Source of the DNA: a virus | Lineage: Duplodnaviria > Caudoviricetes | Reading direction: 5' to 3' (one strand) | Virus record (IMG/VR): IMGVR_UViG_3300043427_004567 | Location: 1 to 57,783 of that record | Length of the DNA stretch: 57,783 nucleotides | Part shown: piece by piece, positions 31,101 through 38,843 of the stretch | How the letters are laid out: each line of letters begins with the position of its first letter | How positions within the stretch are numbered: position 1 is the stretch's first letter | Translations under genes and position numbers: made by a program | The notes under the pieces: model-generated | Told to the model about the DNA's origin: nothing | The model's database searches: none | Seen by the model: the letters and a program-made list of their open reading frames with translations, nothing else

Positions 31101-31153
31101 GTTAAATCTATATTAGATTTTTTATAATCAGACGCCATATTTGGATACACCAA
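22133..31153 (-). CDS. Giant baseplate wedge-like structural protein (3006 aa)
   Basis: Directly downstream of gp6; N-terminal LLPVYLR...PPIDLDKFCNYTNYYW; two IDG....RVLVxxQ...NGxY fibre domains; position and size are as in jumbo myophage baseplate genes. Confidence 0.75.
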   Translation of the reverse strand: MVYPNMASDYKKSNIDLTALLPVYLRNDLNTSLFENLFNRFFTKQESLPFYGYVGNKISPSEEARPLINQSTVERTVNTLTPSISFSVGPDRHIFTFQDILNRATSLGIDISKLKEWGKSQTLNFAPPIDLDKFCNYTNYYWIADGINHPEMTWNTSNIPEYVTISKPENNDRTKLSVDIATTAPIVLTGSGRPVNETFTITATSPTTFDVSSSVTGTVIGTAIVGTPFVASGVISFLISEGTTPFVSGDVFTITITQIVNSYTAASTGVGNGTITGIKGLAPFQTIDGITLKINQRILVKNQLGGVGNGIYVVQNGAFTRALDFNSDADLISGAYVYVLTGTVNAQTAFSTPETPQSLAALTFSADSTVSKLNDWSQHNYWVHTDDLGSVPNLDLSKVQFARRPIVEFQYGIELSSDSLDGIPQPYGSQSFNSIQQKTKINQNPLFNLYDLNGEFTNIISPIFYYAENQQADYDELLNKRPARDENSNLIFSQGLLTSDGAQLFYKISSASNQLKSIWQPGPTSATVSTPIITSDSDATIADLTPGELTNSQKFILTALTSSTFSVVGSEDGSLPNLIVGVPYSEPAFGMTVAPGSIPFLPGDTISFILTNVEVPKYVELDSTGSVVPYFGDPNSVDGAWATPKAIRANLLHENRREIGVQELVFHFRNIISSQHDFSGSPTGFNNWRNISKNYGLGGVIKDFSNSYGLFISMLMQRDLSPLSILDFAESSYQQALNSVTSFFDQDILKFITEQGNPTPASTDISLLDPTDLTTQKLLKAYEDSIKDRTDLSQVFYDSTSAIKNWPATLPYLGLAPAVEPKYVFDSELGIVVLKHHDGHATPVINIDVEVNRVLSRAQVSRWNNQLVAGISRPTAPTRTSDADPLLYKNQLWFDSSTGDLYIFGVASDTTSPAIAFVNDLWYSSETQTLKRWDGSNWQPEVLTAAWQQVDLTAAVNSLVFAVETKLYENVPANTQQVWPPNNTISTSQTYQKNLELEFARFAAKYEYDPAGTDYDSTDAFTWNYKQLAKSAVTATSITLSLTTGTTVGIARWHDLLKEHFDGLSLSPVPVGSIGFSLPTCRPNLEPWKIVGFETKPVAWDSGMGTGDDFYTGISPTSELAPAKVVQVTNLNLNAAPNTVDGVSLAAGDRVLVIGQTLQEENGLYTVSFLGSGSNGIWIRATDMLGMSTMSTGAGLAISEGYEFLNTVWVLTTTGTVGTDAATFVQSRLWSSEMWNWIASILPPGPGLSQALSVNPRTDELLPPYVAPGSFASSFAITNVEPADKNTGYIFGDNGPAELVWRKSVEYAYGFNRAGFKVEPIVYLNRCWGFCTQHLNNDLTDIELIRSTGTRPAANKFLYHGEKPAAINRDVSKLVVGTFNSTSPSTIKLQVTTQLSGLTSFPTVAPGACLQLTVNDIKIGNLFANTLYSGALIGVPSLLSIIDLKISDQGRGFSLGDQLIITVDGSNKTVQFIPASVEKFAGLNQYYTNLLRYNSIDIYTTFNAKAYRGWSTKLAHRANGFLRTDNLNVSTNLNELYGTAAEAVIKINPLVKSIWAEALRIELTTTGQRKYNTAGAIIPAGAGEDWQFRIETYNTRRPEITYYDLDTSAEYVTFFALNKEKTDNEWRSYVNILSTPSNPTGLITRPVPFAITGVQNVINFLIGYTLYLEAQGWRFNKQDKPSIDEITGRAISWQLEIEKFISDVWSGIEVGQASILNPFVEKIWIETPNGLVSSFDSKAFIDINAIPAAYDLENSIISTDDLTIIRKDRLTSISSTVPLFSVHGLIEEYEHVIVFENYANGELIYDSYLGSQISRIYFNGEKQTNLSLRPSFGGYILSGNKLIKNLESHVAGFKSHYDANLISDDNLTSPHALALLGYSKKDYFKNLNTSDRSQFNFWRGLIQEKGTNNAISAFFNSSKFKEFDLDEFWAYKIAEYGDSRTKNFPEMKIQPSDAEFQHSRFVFESEDASITAAITTSEPSFTLLEPLDEDRWFSLDDLGQTQYFVAEKTNSIQITGAVDQIIPVNLKTPQLFILPNITQTLANTSSGSLIVEPIKLKTINSVEDWEFLATSATEFTVSVNGSLVGSSITINQTVNVAGLTFKIGSGLTEFSAGDKFNFSIEVSKLSGSSVKLLAPITTSSAVSLFGFINSSPKFNPMKLFNYQAKVLVDDVPIWNPAAGIHEPTALAEIDFTDSFDPARYTYSTLELGNLNLSPLKSWGPAQVGKIWWDTSNLAYMPYDDELIFPSTEERLARWGAPAAWSTVDVYEWVESTVPPNEYDALSLKEEGNTEIDPAIRASGQAARPETYFRNRTWYGRPIAWSYNQVPASYPFVSSSFSSDIYFQSTEIGPSNIILATGRFSDYDITPGMKLSAWTKLYENVAHEVKEKPVGEVMLGTSLGTIIGSSESYGPSWNRFTDARIISNTSTFEANILITKSSINPIISFIGPIILTATGADQLTATAAYIGESQTITITDIQQPAGYVAAYDFSTLGIKLELTTAVDSLTSVISAATILNTLAQLTHDIFVRETISATVELTIPDNHLSNDDDMIEYGWKAWTVPTQAQLDSDLLSPNNSWVPYYGDYQQITPITGDRVSLIQDYTNNKLMLKDLTAVEKYTSTWGAWQLLDKTIVKQYSTGTSFVSSQIDFTLEPKRVSIYRNGALISGKNFTINENTVELPSTAIGDEIVIIQRAYSPTAAELAFDPEAQDDVTVQTQYKRDYRYVSVQARDSGGNLNISKYYFWVKNKNTAGTGKKTSVQQLKNKLRFGPSLYATFQSFQSPAYLGLTNSILPARYQAFTVYGLNSIVTQNNMYKLRFTKNFTLRDDPNQLQLKNTHSEWILLRKSHPLRIPEDLWLKLTHSLAAEDFAGNPIPSDKRKQYDARHGTSTRFGLKEGQTLAPRNLLIDVITYTILNTQLTITAADGSKLPDTLNGIIDFEDYNSWFATAESTQDTMSKIWEMGSPRQVNEIFFAALNEALVNNFELADIFKTSRIMIYAVRQITPFTQG

Positions 31154-31169
31154 CGGGTTATTGTTGGTG

Positions 31170-31177
31170 TATTTATC
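31170..31177 (-). promoter_or_regulatory. Late promoter variant GATAAATA
   Basis: Intergenic, upstream of ATG 31153; same 14-mer context as 3919-3932. Confidence 0.6.
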
Positions 31178-31207
31178 TAATTCTGTTAAAACGCAAAAAC
31201 GCCTGTT

Positions 31208-34200
31208 TTACAACTTCTGTCGCAGCACTGCAGGAGTTAATGCTTCAACGATCTCTATATCATTGATTGTTGCACAAGATTGTAAGATCTCATCAATTCC
31301 AGCATCAACGGTAAACAAAGATCCAAATGAATTTGTTGAATATAATGGAACTAAAACCACGCTCGCTACTTGAGTTGGTAGACGTTGATGAATTAAACTT
31401 ATCAGCTCAGTTGCGTAGAATGAGATTGAAAAATCCCAGTTATCAATTGAAAAGAAATCATTGATTACCGATAGCGTTTCTTGTTTGATTCTTTCGCTGG
31501 AGAAAGTAGCAGTTGGTGCTCGTACTATCTTAAACTTTGCGCGCAGCTCTGGTGAAGCCTGCGTCCCAAAGAGTAATTTAATTTTACCAGGATGCAGCAC
31601 AATCGTATCAGATAACATCTTATTATTCAATAAGTATCCGTATGAATTGCGCAACTCTAACGGCGTTGGTTGCTCAGGCTGTATTGTTGATGTGCCTCGC
31701 AAATAACTTATTAAGTTGTCGTAGTACCCTCGCGTGATGATAAAGATGTCATGAATGTTGCTGGCCGAGGGGTCTATTAAATTACCATATGGTGTAAAGT
31801 GCTGCCACATGAAATCAATCCCGTTACCATTTTTTCCAGCAAATTTTAATTCTCTAACAACTTGACGAGTTTGATCTATGAACGAACCCTTATTGAAAAT
31901 AAAAGCAGTGCCGTCTATAGTAACAGTATCAGTTAGTACGCCATAAGACTCGCTTGAAGGAATCTTAATTGTTTTACTCCACGTAATAGGATCAATCACT
32001 TGATAATATAAGTAAGAATCTTGTGCCAAATCAATAAATTGCAATATATTCTGCGGTGCTACACTTGTTCTAGTAGCAGTGATAATCATATCACTTGGCA
32101 ATACTTCAAGTTGATTAATATTTATTTTGCCGGCGGCGTCATAAACTGGTGCAATGACATCATAATTTTGATTATCACCTAAGATCTGACCATTTTTCTT
32201 AATATTTGATCGTAGAATTTTAATCTTGTCATTTACTGGATTTTTGGTGTCAAAATCTGTTATACGCTGAATTGTGTTATACCAAAATTTAGTAGTTGGC
32301 GATTCTACAATTAATTTCATGTCACGGGTGTAGATAGTGAAACCTTCTATCTCGCCTAGAGAATTTTTAATAGGACGTACCCAAATCAACCATGAAAGTT
32401 CATTAACTTCTGGGTCATAGTATATTTCACGAGTTACGTCAGAAGACAGCGAACCTGTTGAATTTATAATTTCCCAACGGCCAGTCAAATTTATTAGTGC
32501 GGGCGTCTGAAAGGAAAAAGAACCAGATACGCTGCTGTAATCAATTCTTACAATAAATGCATCGCCAGGACCGGCTTCTGTGGCGTTAAATGTAAATTCT
32601 AAGGGAACTGATTGTCCAGCAGATGCCGAATTATATGGGACGCCAATCATTGCGCTTGGAAATTTACCACGCAAATTAGATGTAACAGTGACAGTAGTTG
32701 AATCATCAGCAACTTCTAAGGTCCAAACTTCATATGGCGCAGCGGTGACTGACGGAATCGGTGCGGCAGGTGGAATAAATGTTGCGGTAGAAATTGCCAA
32801 CGTTGCGGTAGACGCTAAAACTGGAGAGGTTCTGATAAATTTTAGTCCAAATTCTGAGCCAGATGGCGGATCGCCCCAACTTGCATTGTTGTTTAATCCA
32901 GAACCAATATCTCCAGAGATGTATGGGTTGACACCATCAATCGTTCTTGGCACCGTTTCTGAATAAATTTTATCATCTAATTTTGGATTAAGAGATGGGT
33001 CAGCAATTTTTGCAAAGATCACGCCATCAATTTCAACGTATTCAAGGGGTTCGCCGTAATAGTGTTGATCAAGAATTCGTTGAATGCGTGTTTTTTCTTG
33101 ACCTTTACCATGATCTGGCGTTCCAACACCAAGAGATGCGTCCTCAATAAATTTTATTCTTGGAATACTAATAACACCATATAGTTCATCGCTTGTGGCG
33201 GCGGTGTGGGTTATTAGATTAAAAATGCCAGATTCCGCTAATAGTGGTTCTAAAACTTGATCAATTAAACCACGTGTTGTTTCTGAGGTGCTAATACTAT
33301 TAATTTTTGGCTGATACGAAATAGATAAGTCATCTCCAAAAAGTTTTATATTTTCATAATTGCCTGAAGCATCATTCCACTCAATGTACTTAGATTGACC
33401 AGCAAAGGTTCTGTTTATCGCCTTAAGACGTAAGATGCTGGAGTCCTTCAACATATATGAGTTATAGTCTTGTGCATTGACCATTCTGTTTTGCGAATAA
33501 TAGGTCAGAGGCGCAGACTGGCGAATATGTTCTAGAGTTTCAGAAGCAGCAGAATTTTGAATTGTCGACGTCAACCCAAAAGTCATGGCACAAGTTTCTT
33601 GTGTGCCAGTTTTTGAGGTGTAAGTGAAATTAATTGGCTGCGCAGTTAATTTATTTTTCTGAATAACAATTGATCTGTTTGCAGATTGGCGAACCCAAAT
33701 GTAGAAGGTGCCGAGTGGTATGTCTGAAAAGTCACCATCTCCGAAACTTATTTTAATCCGATCATTTTCTAATGTCTCGATTTCAAATTTTGTTCTATTT
33801 TTATTTTGATTATAGACAAGATTTTGTTCATTAACGGTCTCAACTTCATTCCAGATCTCTAAAATATTACCATCTTCATCAACAGAGTTCAACCAAACAT
33901 CAGTCTGGTTGACGTTAGAAATGTTAAGTTCAATACTGCGATTTGGAATTGGATCGTCAAAAGAATATTCCACCCTAATTAAGCTGCCCTGTTTGATGTA
34001 GAACAGAAAGCCACTATAATCAGAACCGTCGCCGACGCCGTCATTTGCGTAGATAATTGGCATTTGCGAATTAATATCTGGCGTTTTTTCAAATGGGCCG
34101 TTTTCGTCAATATCAGTTTGCACAACTTCCATCTGAAAAGTTTCAATTCCGGTGTTGACATTAAATGAATAAACGCCATTCGTGAATGAAGTTGGATCAT

Positions 34201-34753
34201 TATTCAACGTGTAAAGTTGCATTGCCACGTCATTAACCTGGTATGACTTACTTGGCTGGCCAAAATTATTAGTTAGAATTCTATTCATCACCAGGAAAAA
34301 TTGTTCTTTCCACAGTGTGTTGTTTGGGTCATTCCAAACAATTACACGATTAGATAAATTGTTTCCGAGTGAATCAAATATTTGCTCAGAAGTTGAAACT
34401 GAAGAAACCTTAACAAGCCCGCGGCCAGGAATATTACGGCTCGCCTTATATGAAATTAATCGTGCTAAACGTAAAATTGATTGCTTTCTTTGTGCAGTAG
34501 TAATAAAATTTTCATGCGCCATCATATCTATACGATACGCGAGCTGTTCTGCAATGTACGCGAACATCTCAAGCATGGCAATAAATTCAGAAGACTCAAT
34601 AAAATCATTAAATGTTTCTTTGTAATACAGTTTTACGTACTGTAATAAAGACTCTTTAATCGTGTCATAATCATAAGCTGTGAAATTGACTTCTGAAAAA
34701 GCCTGATATACTTTTTCCCAGCTCTCAGCAGCATTTAAATTTCTTATTGCCAT
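31208..34753 (-). CDS. gp6: Baseplate wedge subunit (T4 gp6-like)
   Basis: DYDTIKESL...FNDFIESSE...ENFITTAQRKQSILRLARLISY, ISFGDG, ETLEHIRQSAP..Y.SQNRMVNAQDY. Confidence 0.9.
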   Translation of the reverse strand: MAIRNLNAAESWEKVYQAFSEVNFTAYDYDTIKESLLQYVKLYYKETFNDFIESSEFIAMLEMFAYIAEQLAYRIDMMAHENFITTAQRKQSILRLARLISYKASRNIPGRGLVKVSSVSTSEQIFDSLGNNLSNRVIVWNDPNNTLWKEQFFLVMNRILTNNFGQPSKSYQVNDVAMQLYTLNNDPTSFTNGVYSFNVNTGIETFQMEVVQTDIDENGPFEKTPDINSQMPIIYANDGVGDGSDYSGFLFYIKQGSLIRVEYSFDDPIPNRSIELNISNVNQTDVWLNSVDEDGNILEIWNEVETVNEQNLVYNQNKNRTKFEIETLENDRIKISFGDGDFSDIPLGTFYIWVRQSANRSIVIQKNKLTAQPINFTYTSKTGTQETCAMTFGLTSTIQNSAASETLEHIRQSAPLTYYSQNRMVNAQDYNSYMLKDSSILRLKAINRTFAGQSKYIEWNDASGNYENIKLFGDDLSISYQPKINSISTSETTRGLIDQVLEPLLAESGIFNLITHTAATSDELYGVISIPRIKFIEDASLGVGTPDHGKGQEKTRIQRILDQHYYGEPLEYVEIDGVIFAKIADPSLNPKLDDKIYSETVPRTIDGVNPYISGDIGSGLNNNASWGDPPSGSEFGLKFIRTSPVLASTATLAISTATFIPPAAPIPSVTAAPYEVWTLEVADDSTTVTVTSNLRGKFPSAMIGVPYNSASAGQSVPLEFTFNATEAGPGDAFIVRIDYSSVSGSFSFQTPALINLTGRWEIINSTGSLSSDVTREIYYDPEVNELSWLIWVRPIKNSLGEIEGFTIYTRDMKLIVESPTTKFWYNTIQRITDFDTKNPVNDKIKILRSNIKKNGQILGDNQNYDVIAPVYDAAGKININQLEVLPSDMIITATRTSVAPQNILQFIDLAQDSYLYYQVIDPITWSKTIKIPSSESYGVLTDTVTIDGTAFIFNKGSFIDQTRQVVRELKFAGKNGNGIDFMWQHFTPYGNLIDPSASNIHDIFIITRGYYDNLISYLRGTSTIQPEQPTPLELRNSYGYLLNNKMLSDTIVLHPGKIKLLFGTQASPELRAKFKIVRAPTATFSSERIKQETLSVINDFFSIDNWDFSISFYATELISLIHQRLPTQVASVVLVPLYSTNSFGSLFTVDAGIDEILQSCATINDIEIVEALTPAVLRQKL

Positions 34754-34769
34754 ATTTTATCTCGTTAGG

Positions 34770-35150
34770 TTATGCGGTTTGAATTTCAATTTGCAAAACA
34801 TCTTGAACATTAAATTCAACGTACAGTAAATCAGCAAAAGCAACAATTGCGTTATTATCCATCAATGGAACAACTTCTAAATTTATCAATCTGACCCGAG
34901 GATCATAATTAAAAACTTCAGTTAAATCCTCCCGAACTATTTGTAATGTTGCTGCGTCATTCTGCTCAAATACTAAAGATGGAATCCTAGTGCCAAAATT
35001 TGGCATCATGACTCTTTCGCCTTTTTCAGTAAAAATATGATTATAAAGGTCATTCTTAACAGTTTGAATATTAGCAGTCGCAAAACTTTTTTGCGCATCA
35101 GTTAGCCACTGATCTGACGAAAAACCTTTGTAATATATTTTATTAGCCAT
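34770..35150 (-). CDS. gp25: Baseplate wedge subunit / sheath initiator (T4 gp25-like)
   Basis: TEKGERVMMPNFGTRIPSLVFE...YDPRV; likely start ATG 35150 (TAATG overlap with gp5). Confidence 0.92.
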   Translation of the reverse strand: MANKIYYKGFSSDQWLTDAQKSFATANIQTVKNDLYNHIFTEKGERVMMPNFGTRIPSLVFEQNDAATLQIVREDLTEVFNYDPRVRLINLEVVPLMDNNAIVAFADLLYVEFNVQDVLQIEIQTA

Positions 35151-36319
35151 TATTTTTTCCAATTAGGATTTCGTATATATTTACTCTCTTCAGGCCTTTC
35201 CCAAGGTTCGTGTCCTGGAATAATTGTTATTGAATCTGGTGCCTCAGGACACGCGGCTGTTGGTCCATTTAAATGGATTTTTGTTGCTGTTTCTAAAATT
35301 GAGCCTCCAGCATTTAAATTTAAATCAGCCGACGCTGAGATTGATGTTACGCCGCATGAAGATAAATGTAATCCCTCCTTACCTGCGGCTTTCAATGAAT
35401 TCTCTGCAGCAATATTAATTGACCCGCGGGCTTGAAGATTTATATTTTTATCAGCTGTTAAATTAATATCTGCGCCCGATCTAATTGAAAGATTGTCAGC
35501 CGCAAAAATGTGTAAATGCCCATTTTCATCAAGCTCGATCCATGTTTTGCCACGAGCAGTTGACATATAAATTCTTTCATTCGTGTCATCAAATATAATC
35601 TGGTGGCCAGAAGAAGTTTTCAGTCTTAAACGACAATGATCAGTTTGGTCGCTCATTATAATTGAGTGGTGACCAGGAGTAACCAAACAATACATTTGCG
35701 GATCTAAATTCTGTTGAACAGCATTTGAAGCAGGATCGCTAATTGTTGGTTTTACTGGATCTGACGCATAGCCTTCTTCTCCAGTTTTTTCAGTTCTTGC
35801 TTGAGCAACTTGTCGCTCATAAGCGCCTCGTGAGACTGCTTCAGGCGCAGATATATTATTCGAAAATTGTTCTCTTAAGTTAGTATACGCGGGTTGTAGC
35901 TTATCATAACTATCAGTCCAAGGTCCTGTTTCATTTGTCTCATTCAAATTCCTACCAGCTGGCAATGAACGATTTTTATGAAGCCCAAATGCGCCCGCAA
36001 AAAATACCCGGCGGCTTAAATCGCCATGTATGAAGAAAACAAATACGCGAGCTCCGACTTTTGGAATTGCCCAAAAGCCGTAGGATGTAAATCCAGCTGA
36101 AGTCAATTTTTGCGGCCCGGCAGGTTTGTCTTCAACACTACCCGCAAATGGCGCGGCGTATTCTGCCCAGGGTAATCTCGTCTCTTCATATTCATCACCG
36201 TCAATCGCAGGACACCAAACTTTCACGCGGCCCATTTGCTGCGGATCATTTGTGTTCTTAACAATTCCCTCTACGATAAATGGATAACTACTAAAATCAT
36301 CTTCTAATATGTGTTTCAT
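35150..36319 (-). CDS. gp5: Baseplate central spike (gp5/VgrG-like OB fold + beta-helix), with no lysozyme domain
   Basis: DPQQMGRVKVWCP, LPWA, PKVGARVFVFF, TSSGHQIIFDD, TWIELDENG, and KIHLNG near the C-terminus. Confidence 0.88.
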   Translation of the reverse strand: MKHILEDDFSSYPFIVEGIVKNTNDPQQMGRVKVWCPAIDGDEYEETRLPWAEYAAPFAGSVEDKPAGPQKLTSAGFTSYGFWAIPKVGARVFVFFIHGDLSRRVFFAGAFGLHKNRSLPAGRNLNETNETGPWTDSYDKLQPAYTNLREQFSNNISAPEAVSRGAYERQVAQARTEKTGEEGYASDPVKPTISDPASNAVQQNLDPQMYCLVTPGHHSIIMSDQTDHCRLRLKTSSGHQIIFDDTNERIYMSTARGKTWIELDENGHLHIFAADNLSIRSGADINLTADKNINLQARGSINIAAENSLKAAGKEGLHLSSCGVTSISASADLNLNAGGSILETATKIHLNGPTAACPEAPDSITIIPGHEPWERPEESKYIRNPNWKK

Positions 36320-38445
36320 TTGGTTTTCTCTGATTTGATAAGAGCCGATTTGAAAACTTCAACTGCACCCATGTCAATCTCTTGAGTAAAAGTGTTGCCT
36401 TCTAAAAAATGCGCAATTTTAAAAACAAAGTACCAGCCATCGTAAAAGTATTGTTGTGCAAATTTTTCTACGCCTGGCATTAACTGATTACCAAAAACAG
36501 GATCAATTTTAGGTCCATAAATGTTTACTTTTACGTAAAGCGGTGAAAGAGAAAAATCGTATCCAGCCATTAATGGATTATTACTTTTTGGCGAAACAGT
36601 ATTTAATCTTTGAGCTAAAGCATCATTGTACTCTTTAACAGAGTTATCTAAAAATGTAACTTCTCTATTTGACGAAAGACTTCCAGGAGAAATAGAAATA
36701 TGCGGTAAAATTTTATTCCCAAGCGATTTAACAAAAAGATCTGGATTTCCACGAATTTTCATTTTTGTGGAAAGAGAAGATTGGCCGTGAATATCAGCCA
36801 ACACCTTCAAATATTCCTGCTTACTCTTGGCAAGCTCAGTAGCAGATATACCAGATTTTTCTTGTGATCCTTCTGCCAAATTAGAGTAACCTGTTTTTTC
36901 ATTTGCTGTCTTTGGCGGCGGTAAAATCATGTCGTATGATTTCATTTCGCGGATTGAAACATTTTTAGAATTATCAGTTGATTTTGCGCCTGGACCAGTT
37001 TCAGATTGTCCAAGATCATTTTTTCTTATCTGATCTGGTGTTGACTTTGTTTTGTTCATCACTGCAAATAGCGCTGCCGAAGCATCTATCTTCACAGAAA
37101 AATCTAAAATGTCTGAATTTCTTCCAGAAAAAACATAATCAAATTCTAGTGAATTTTTTGGTACCTTTTCGCCCTTCTCATTTTCAATAAAATATCGATC
37201 ATTTAAGCCAACTGCTTTTGCTTTTGGTTTTTCATCTGGCGTGGTATTAACGAAAATATGTTCAACTATATCAAAGTGAATAACAACCGTGTCATCGCTT
37301 GATGTGATATTAGTTAAGATCTTAAAACTTACTATCTTACCATCTTCTATGCTCTTAAAAGATGCCTTTCTATTAACGTCAACGCAAGATGTTAGAATTG
37401 TTGTAAGTATTTCTGTTATAGATAAATTTCTTGGAACGGCTTTATAAACAGCATCATCTTTTACGCTTTTGTCTTTTTTATCGGCATCTTTTCGGGTATC
37501 TGCCTGTTTATTTTTTTCATTTTCTGCTGCATCTTTTTTATGAGAAATTTCTTCAATTTTCTCCGACACGCCCAACGTATAAGGTAAATCGCGCCATTTT
37601 GTTGAAGATTCTATATCCTTTATATCTCCAGGCAACGAGATTTTGTATAGAACTATTCTACCGCGTTTATTATCTGGGAGTGAAGGTTCAGTTTTTTGCG
37701 TTTTTTCGTTAAGAGATTCATACACCGTGGTGTTAAAATGATCCTTACTGATTTTGTTTAGTGCATTCTGCAGCGAGTCGATTGCGGCGCCAAGTGTTGT
37801 TTGTGCGCCGCGCGCGGCAATTGAAGAAATTCTATCAGATGGAACTAATTGATTTGTTGATTGACCGCCCGCGAAAGTAGGCATAAATTTTATGTCATAT
37901 TGTGCTGCGCCTATGGAGCTTGCAGTTTCAAACTCAAATGACATAGTTTGAAGCATCATTGGAATTGATGAGGCGTTGAACACCTCAGTAGTTTGATCGT
38001 GCGTGTGACCAACGAAAAAAACTTTTAATAAGAAAAAACAGTTGACTAAGCTGCATCCTAATACTTCGTCAGACATGTATTTTAAAAAATTCATAAACGC
38101 GATTCCTGAAGAATCCGTTAACTTCATGTTTATTAAACCGCTGATAATCTGAGAAGAGGCAGAATTGCCGCCAGCATACATTGTCTCAAAATTAACTGAA
38201 TTAATTCTGAAAAGTGAAATTTTTCGAGAATCGCAAATCATGTATATTTCATTTTCTGGTCCAGCACCTGGTATTTTTTCACCAAGTCTTAAGCGTGACA
38301 ATTCATTTATGTTGAGATTTTGACCAGCAGTTACCTCTAACTCATCTTTAAATCGTCTAAGCGCTTCTGTGCTGCGACCTAACATTAAAACATAATGGGT
38401 TGAAAATGACGTGTACTTGTCAAGTGGATTAAGCGGAATACTCAT
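36316..38445 (-). CDS. Baseplate hub protein (gp27-like)
   Basis: NPLDKYTS at the N-terminus; MKIRGNP and YDGWYFVFKIAHFLEGNTFTQEI at the C-terminus; located between gp53-like and gp5. Confidence 0.75.
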   Translation of the reverse strand: MSIPLNPLDKYTSFSTHYVLMLGRSTEALRRFKDELEVTAGQNLNINELSRLRLGEKIPGAGPENEIYMICDSRKISLFRINSVNFETMYAGGNSASSQIISGLINMKLTDSSGIAFMNFLKYMSDEVLGCSLVNCFFLLKVFFVGHTHDQTTEVFNASSIPMMLQTMSFEFETASSIGAAQYDIKFMPTFAGGQSTNQLVPSDRISSIAARGAQTTLGAAIDSLQNALNKISKDHFNTTVYESLNEKTQKTEPSLPDNKRGRIVLYKISLPGDIKDIESSTKWRDLPYTLGVSEKIEEISHKKDAAENEKNKQADTRKDADKKDKSVKDDAVYKAVPRNLSITEILTTILTSCVDVNRKASFKSIEDGKIVSFKILTNITSSDDTVVIHFDIVEHIFVNTTPDEKPKAKAVGLNDRYFIENEKGEKVPKNSLEFDYVFSGRNSDILDFSVKIDASAALFAVMNKTKSTPDQIRKNDLGQSETGPGAKSTDNSKNVSIREMKSYDMILPPPKTANEKTGYSNLAEGSQEKSGISATELAKSKQEYLKVLADIHGQSSLSTKMKIRGNPDLFVKSLGNKILPHISISPGSLSSNREVTFLDNSVKEYNDALAQRLNTVSPKSNNPLMAGYDFSLSPLYVKVNIYGPKIDPVFGNQLMPGVEKFAQQYFYDGWYFVFKIAHFLEGNTFTQEIDMGAVEVFKSALIKSEKTK

Positions 38446-38446
38446 T

Positions 38447-38821
38447 TTATAAAATTACTGGTTTTATTATTTGAAGAGGTTCTCTTTGCGAATTTATACC
38501 GCCAAGCTGTCCATTTAAAAATGTTGTCATAACGCGTTCTTTTGAAGGTATTTGCAAAATTCTGCCAGGAACAATTTCTTCAGAAATGTCTAAAATATTA
38601 TTATACTGTGCAATTACCCACCAAAGCCGAGGTTCATCGTAGAAAGCGTTTGCGATTAAATCTAATCTTCCAGCAACAGCATTTTCTACCGCATATGTTA
38701 AGTCGGTGTCGTCAGATTCAAAAAATATTCTTTCCCACCACTCTAAAGAAAGTTGATTAACTTCAGTTAAACCACCGTTAACATATCTTGATTTCTTTAA
38801 ATTAACACTATTCTTTTCCAT
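38447..38821 (-). CDS. gp53: Baseplate wedge LysM-like protein (gp53/P2 gpX-like)
   Basis: RLDLIANAFYDEPRLWWVIAQYNNI...GRILQIP. Confidence 0.85.
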   Translation of the reverse strand: MEKNSVNLKKSRYVNGGLTEVNQLSLEWWERIFFESDDTDLTYAVENAVAGRLDLIANAFYDEPRLWWVIAQYNNILDISEEIVPGRILQIPSKERVMTTFLNGQLGGINSQREPLQIIKPVIL

Positions 38822-38843
38822 TTACGATCCTTATTATCTCAGG

